Source: an uncultured Elusimicrobia bacterium
GTDB taxonomy: Bacteria; Elusimicrobiota; Elusimicrobia; FEN-1173
NCBI GenBank assembly: GCA_964482515.1
Contig: CAYZXT010000009.1
Coordinates: forward strand, 16,251-80,250
Direction of reading: 5' to 3'
Length of the DNA stretch: 64,000 bases
In this document: one piece after another, positions 61,327 to 64,000 of the stretch
Layout: the number at the start of each line of letters is the position of its first letter
Position numbering within the stretch: position 1 is the first letter of the stretch
Notes under the pieces: model-generated
The model's input: only the letters and a program-made list of their open reading frames with translations
What the model was told of the DNA's origin: nothing
The model's database searches: none
Program-made: the position numbers and the translations under genes

Positions 61327-63306
61327 ATGAATGGACTTTCTCCCCTAACCGAACGGCCAAGCAACCCGATCTCCTCCCCGCTGCTTCAAAAAAGCCTTTC
61401 CGGGTTTTTATTGAAGCCCATCCTGCGATCCGCGGCGCTGTCGAACCGTTTGACCACGACCGGAAGCTCTCTGGCCGTGGGCGTGAGCGTCGCTGTTCTG
61501 ATCGGGCATGCTTTGCCGACGTATTGGCAAACGTTCATCTGGTGGATAGGCCGGCCGACGGTTTTGTCCTCGATAGCTTTCATCCTTCTTGGCTTAACGC
61601 TTATTCTTGAGAATAAGCGGTTGGTTCGGCGTGATTTTTTGCTCGTCGGCGTGGGGACCTTCGTCAGCGGTTTTGTTTTTCTGCATCCATGGCTCAGGAC
61701 GTTGGCTCAAAACGGGTCGCTGCCGGGCTGGGAAAAATATTTTTACCCTGGAGCGTTGACCTACAAACTCGCTGAAAGCTATTTTTCCGTCGCGGCCCTT
61801 TTCCTGTTCGGCCTTTGTCTGGCGCTTTGCCGCATGGTCACGCGTCGCCATACCCGGTTGGGGGACTACATGGGCGCGGTGCTTGTGTGCCTCGGCATGA
61901 TCCATACCCTTTTCTTCCTTGGGTATTTATACGGAAAGCCGTCCTTCATCGGGGGGAATTTAGTGGCGCCGCCTTTTCCAAGCGTGTTATCGACGGGCTT
62001 CTTGACTTTGGCCCTCTTGGGGCGGCTCGGCCCGGGCTATTTCCCCATGCGGCCTATGGTGGGCCCCACCATCCCCGCCGTTCTTCTCCGTAAGTTTCTT
62101 CCCGTCACGCTGGCCGCGGTCCTCATATACTCGTTTTCCCGGGAAAGCCTTTTGGTGTTTCTGTCTCCCGCTGTCGCCACGTTCATCACTCTGCTTCTTT
62201 CCCTGATGATCGTTGTTTTCCTCGTGATGAAGTCTTCCGCCGTTCTAAGCGCCGAGCTTGGGGACGCGTTGAAGGAAACGGAGCAAAGGTTCAGGCATTT
62301 GGTCAGCAGCCTGAAAGATCACGGCATGTCGTTGACGGACCAGTACGGGCAGATCCTTTTGTGGAACGTCGGAGCGGAGCGATTGACGGGATACGACGCT
62401 TCCGAAGTCGTGGGGGAACAGCTTACCCGCCTGTTGCGGAGCCCGGGCCACGCGCTGGAAAGCGCGCTGGCGCGCGCCCGGGAAAATAAAAGCTCGATGA
62501 TCCAAAGCTGGATCGAACGGAACGACGGAACGTTGTTTTGGGCGGAAATCATGATCAGCGCCTTGCCAGACGAGGAGGGGCAAACGCAGGCGTACTCCGT
62601 GGTGATCCGTGATTTTACGGAGCGGAAAAAAGCGGACGAGAAGCTTCAGGCGTCGTTGCGCGAGAAAGAAGCCATGCTCAAGGAAATACACCACCGCGTC
62701 AAAAACAACCTGCAGGTGATCTCCAGCCTGCTGCGCCTGCAGTCGGAAAAAGCCCACGATAAGGAAACATTGGCGCTTTTCCAGGACAGCCAGGAGCGCG
62801 TCCGGTCCATGGCCATGGTCCACGAATATCTCTATCAGTCCAACGATCTGGCCAGGATCGATTTTCGGGGATATGTCACCAGTTTGGTCCGAAATCTGTG
62901 CCGCTCCTACGGGTATACAACGGTCGATGATAGGTTTCAGATCCATGTCGATGAGGCGCTATTGAATTTGGACATCGCGGTTCCCTGCGGACTCATTTTG
63001 ACTGAATTGGTTTCCAACGCTTTGAAGTATGCGTATTCAAGCGATAAGCAAGGCCCGATCCGTGTGAGCTTCCGCAACATATCGGACAACGCCTATGAGT
63101 TGACGGTGGCGGACGAAGGCGTTGGTTTGCCGAAAGAATTCGACATGGAAAACGCTTCATCCCTGGGCTTGCGGTTGGTCCACATCCTGACGGAGCAGTT
63201 GCATGGCCAGATACGGCTGGGAACCGGCAATGGGACGAAATTTATCATCTCGTTCAAGAGACCTGAGGAAAACATTGAGAGTCTTGGAGGAAATAAAAAT
63301 GCCTGA
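61327..63306 (+). CDS. Membrane sensor histidine kinase (TM region, PAS, HisKA_2/HWE-type dimerisation domain, HATPase)
   Basis: 8 or more TM helices, a PAS region, an H-box EIHHRVKNNLQVISSLLRLQ, and an ATPase region with the ELVSNALKYA N-box and GLGL G-box. Confidence 0.75.
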   Translation: MNGLSPLTERPSNPISSPLLQKSLSGFLLKPILRSAALSNRLTTTGSSLAVGVSVAVLIGHALPTYWQTFIWWIGRPTVLSSIAFILLGLTLILENKRLVRRDFLLVGVGTFVSGFVFLHPWLRTLAQNGSLPGWEKYFYPGALTYKLAESYFSVAALFLFGLCLALCRMVTRRHTRLGDYMGAVLVCLGMIHTLFFLGYLYGKPSFIGGNLVAPPFPSVLSTGFLTLALLGRLGPGYFPMRPMVGPTIPAVLLRKFLPVTLAAVLIYSFSRESLLVFLSPAVATFITLLLSLMIVVFLVMKSSAVLSAELGDALKETEQRFRHLVSSLKDHGMSLTDQYGQILLWNVGAERLTGYDASEVVGEQLTRLLRSPGHALESALARARENKSSMIQSWIERNDGTLFWAEIMISALPDEEGQTQAYSVVIRDFTERKKADEKLQASLREKEAMLKEIHHRVKNNLQVISSLLRLQSEKAHDKETLALFQDSQERVRSMAMVHEYLYQSNDLARIDFRGYVTSLVRNLCRSYGYTTVDDRFQIHVDEALLNLDIAVPCGLILTELVSNALKYAYSSDKQGPIRVSFRNISDNAYELTVADEGVGLPKEFDMENASSLGLRLVHILTEQLHGQIRLGTGNGTKFIISFKRPEENIESLGGNKNA

Positions 63307-64000
63307 TGAAAAAATATTTATCGTGGAAGATGAAAGGATAGTCGCGGAGGATTTAAAAAGAATGCTCGAGCGGCTCGGGTATAAAGTGGTCGGCAGCGCG
63401 GTCAATGGGGCGGACGCCATTCGTCAGGTTGAAGCGAGCAGGCCGGATCTGGTCCTCATGGATATCCGGATCCAGGGCGCCATGGACGGTATTGAAGTGG
63501 CCGAACACATCTACACGCATTTCGATATCCCCGTAAGCTATCTAACCGCTTACGCTGACGAAACGACGCTGGAGCGCGCCAAAGCCACCATGCCCTTTGG
63601 ATATATATTAAAGCCGTTCGAAGAGCGGAATCTAAAAACAACCATCGAGCTGGCCCTGTATAGGCACCAGATGGACTCGATGTTGAAAGGGCTGGAGAAT
63701 TGGCACGCGGCCGCCTTGCAGGACTTGAGTGAAGCCGTTGTTGCGGCGGATACTCAGGGGCGAATAATGTTTATAAACAGGGAGGCGGAAACCTTGATGG
63801 GGCGTTCGCTGGATCAGGTGTACGGAAAATTTTTAGACCAGTTCGTGACATTCCGCGGGACCGGCGGGGCAGAATCGGAAGCTTTGGTTGAGCGGTCGGG
63901 CCGGAAGATCGTTTTGCGGGCCACTTGCACAACGATCAAAGCCGCCAACGGGCGCGCGACAGGTTCTGCCTGGGTTATTAAGGAAGCGGCCCCGTCCGTT
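63299..64000 (+). CDS. Response regulator receiver with a C-terminal PAS domain, partial (runs off the window end)
   Basis: IFIVEDERIVAEDL...DLVLMDIRIQGAMDGIEVA...YLTAY. The phospho-acceptor Asp lies in LMDI. 8-nt overlap with the kinase gene. Confidence 0.75.
   Translation, partial: MPDEKIFIVEDERIVAEDLKRMLERLGYKVVGSAVNGADAIRQVEASRPDLVLMDIRIQGAMDGIEVAEHIYTHFDIPVSYLTAYADETTLERAKATMPFGYILKPFEERNLKTTIELALYRHQMDSMLKGLENWHAAALQDLSEAVVAADTQGRIMFINREAETLMGRSLDQVYGKFLDQFVTFRGTGGAESEALVERSGRKIVLRATCTTIKAANGRATGSAWVIKEAAPSV

Noticed and set aside
1-64000. CRISPR arrays, tRNA or rRNA genes
   Set aside because: No regularly spaced direct repeats with unique spacers, and no tRNA-like GTTC-containing cloverleaf candidates in the intergenic regions, were seen by eye. 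tRNAscan or MinCED would be definitive.

Overview
High-GC (roughly 60-65% by eye) bacterial chromosomal segment with about 60 protein-coding genes on both strands. I found no rRNA, tRNA or CRISPR array. Gene content suggests a diderm bacterium with outer membrane, TolC/RND efflux, TonB receptor and Pel-like exopolysaccharide genes.

Four regions stand out:

(1) 9.5-15.5 kb: a minus-strand operon of two paralogous secreted proteins that end in a phage-tail-fibre S74 autoprocessing chaperone domain, followed by a protein with a T9SS-type C-terminal sorting domain, a PorV/PorQ-like outer membrane protein and an OmpA-family protein.

(2) 16.7-27.3 kb: a more AT-rich accessory/defence island. It carries a YhcG-type PD-(D/E)xK nuclease and a secreted S1/P1 nuclease flanked by 23-bp direct repeats; an MmeI-like Type IIL restriction-modification enzyme; two HigB/HigA-like toxin-antitoxin pairs; a DUF1016-SNase fusion nuclease; a 3'-5' exonuclease; and three ORF6N paralogs (one a fragment). 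Each ORF6N copy carries a different 27-31 bp perfect palindrome at the homologous intragenic position, with compensatory base changes. Each also shares a conserved ~55-bp upstream leader. A TTGACA-containing 28-bp element sits at three cassette boundaries.

(3) 28.6-29.5 kb: a Rho homolog that retains only the C-terminal ATPase domain.

(4) 51-60.3 kb: a Pel-like polysaccharide cluster (PelD-like receptor, TPR protein, porin, CE4 deacetylase, PelF, PelG, GH114 hydrolase) in which the PelA and PelB functions appear split into separate genes.

Other content: LemA/TPM module, HspR-Hsp20-Hsp20 heat-shock operon with a textbook sigma70 promoter, DEAD-box helicase plus RRM protein, SOD-like protein, Tpx, a BtuB-like receptor preceded by a candidate cobalamin riboswitch, an ECF sigma factor, and a histidine kinase/response regulator pair. 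Several long antisense ORFs in the six-frame track are GC-frame artefacts and are rejected below.
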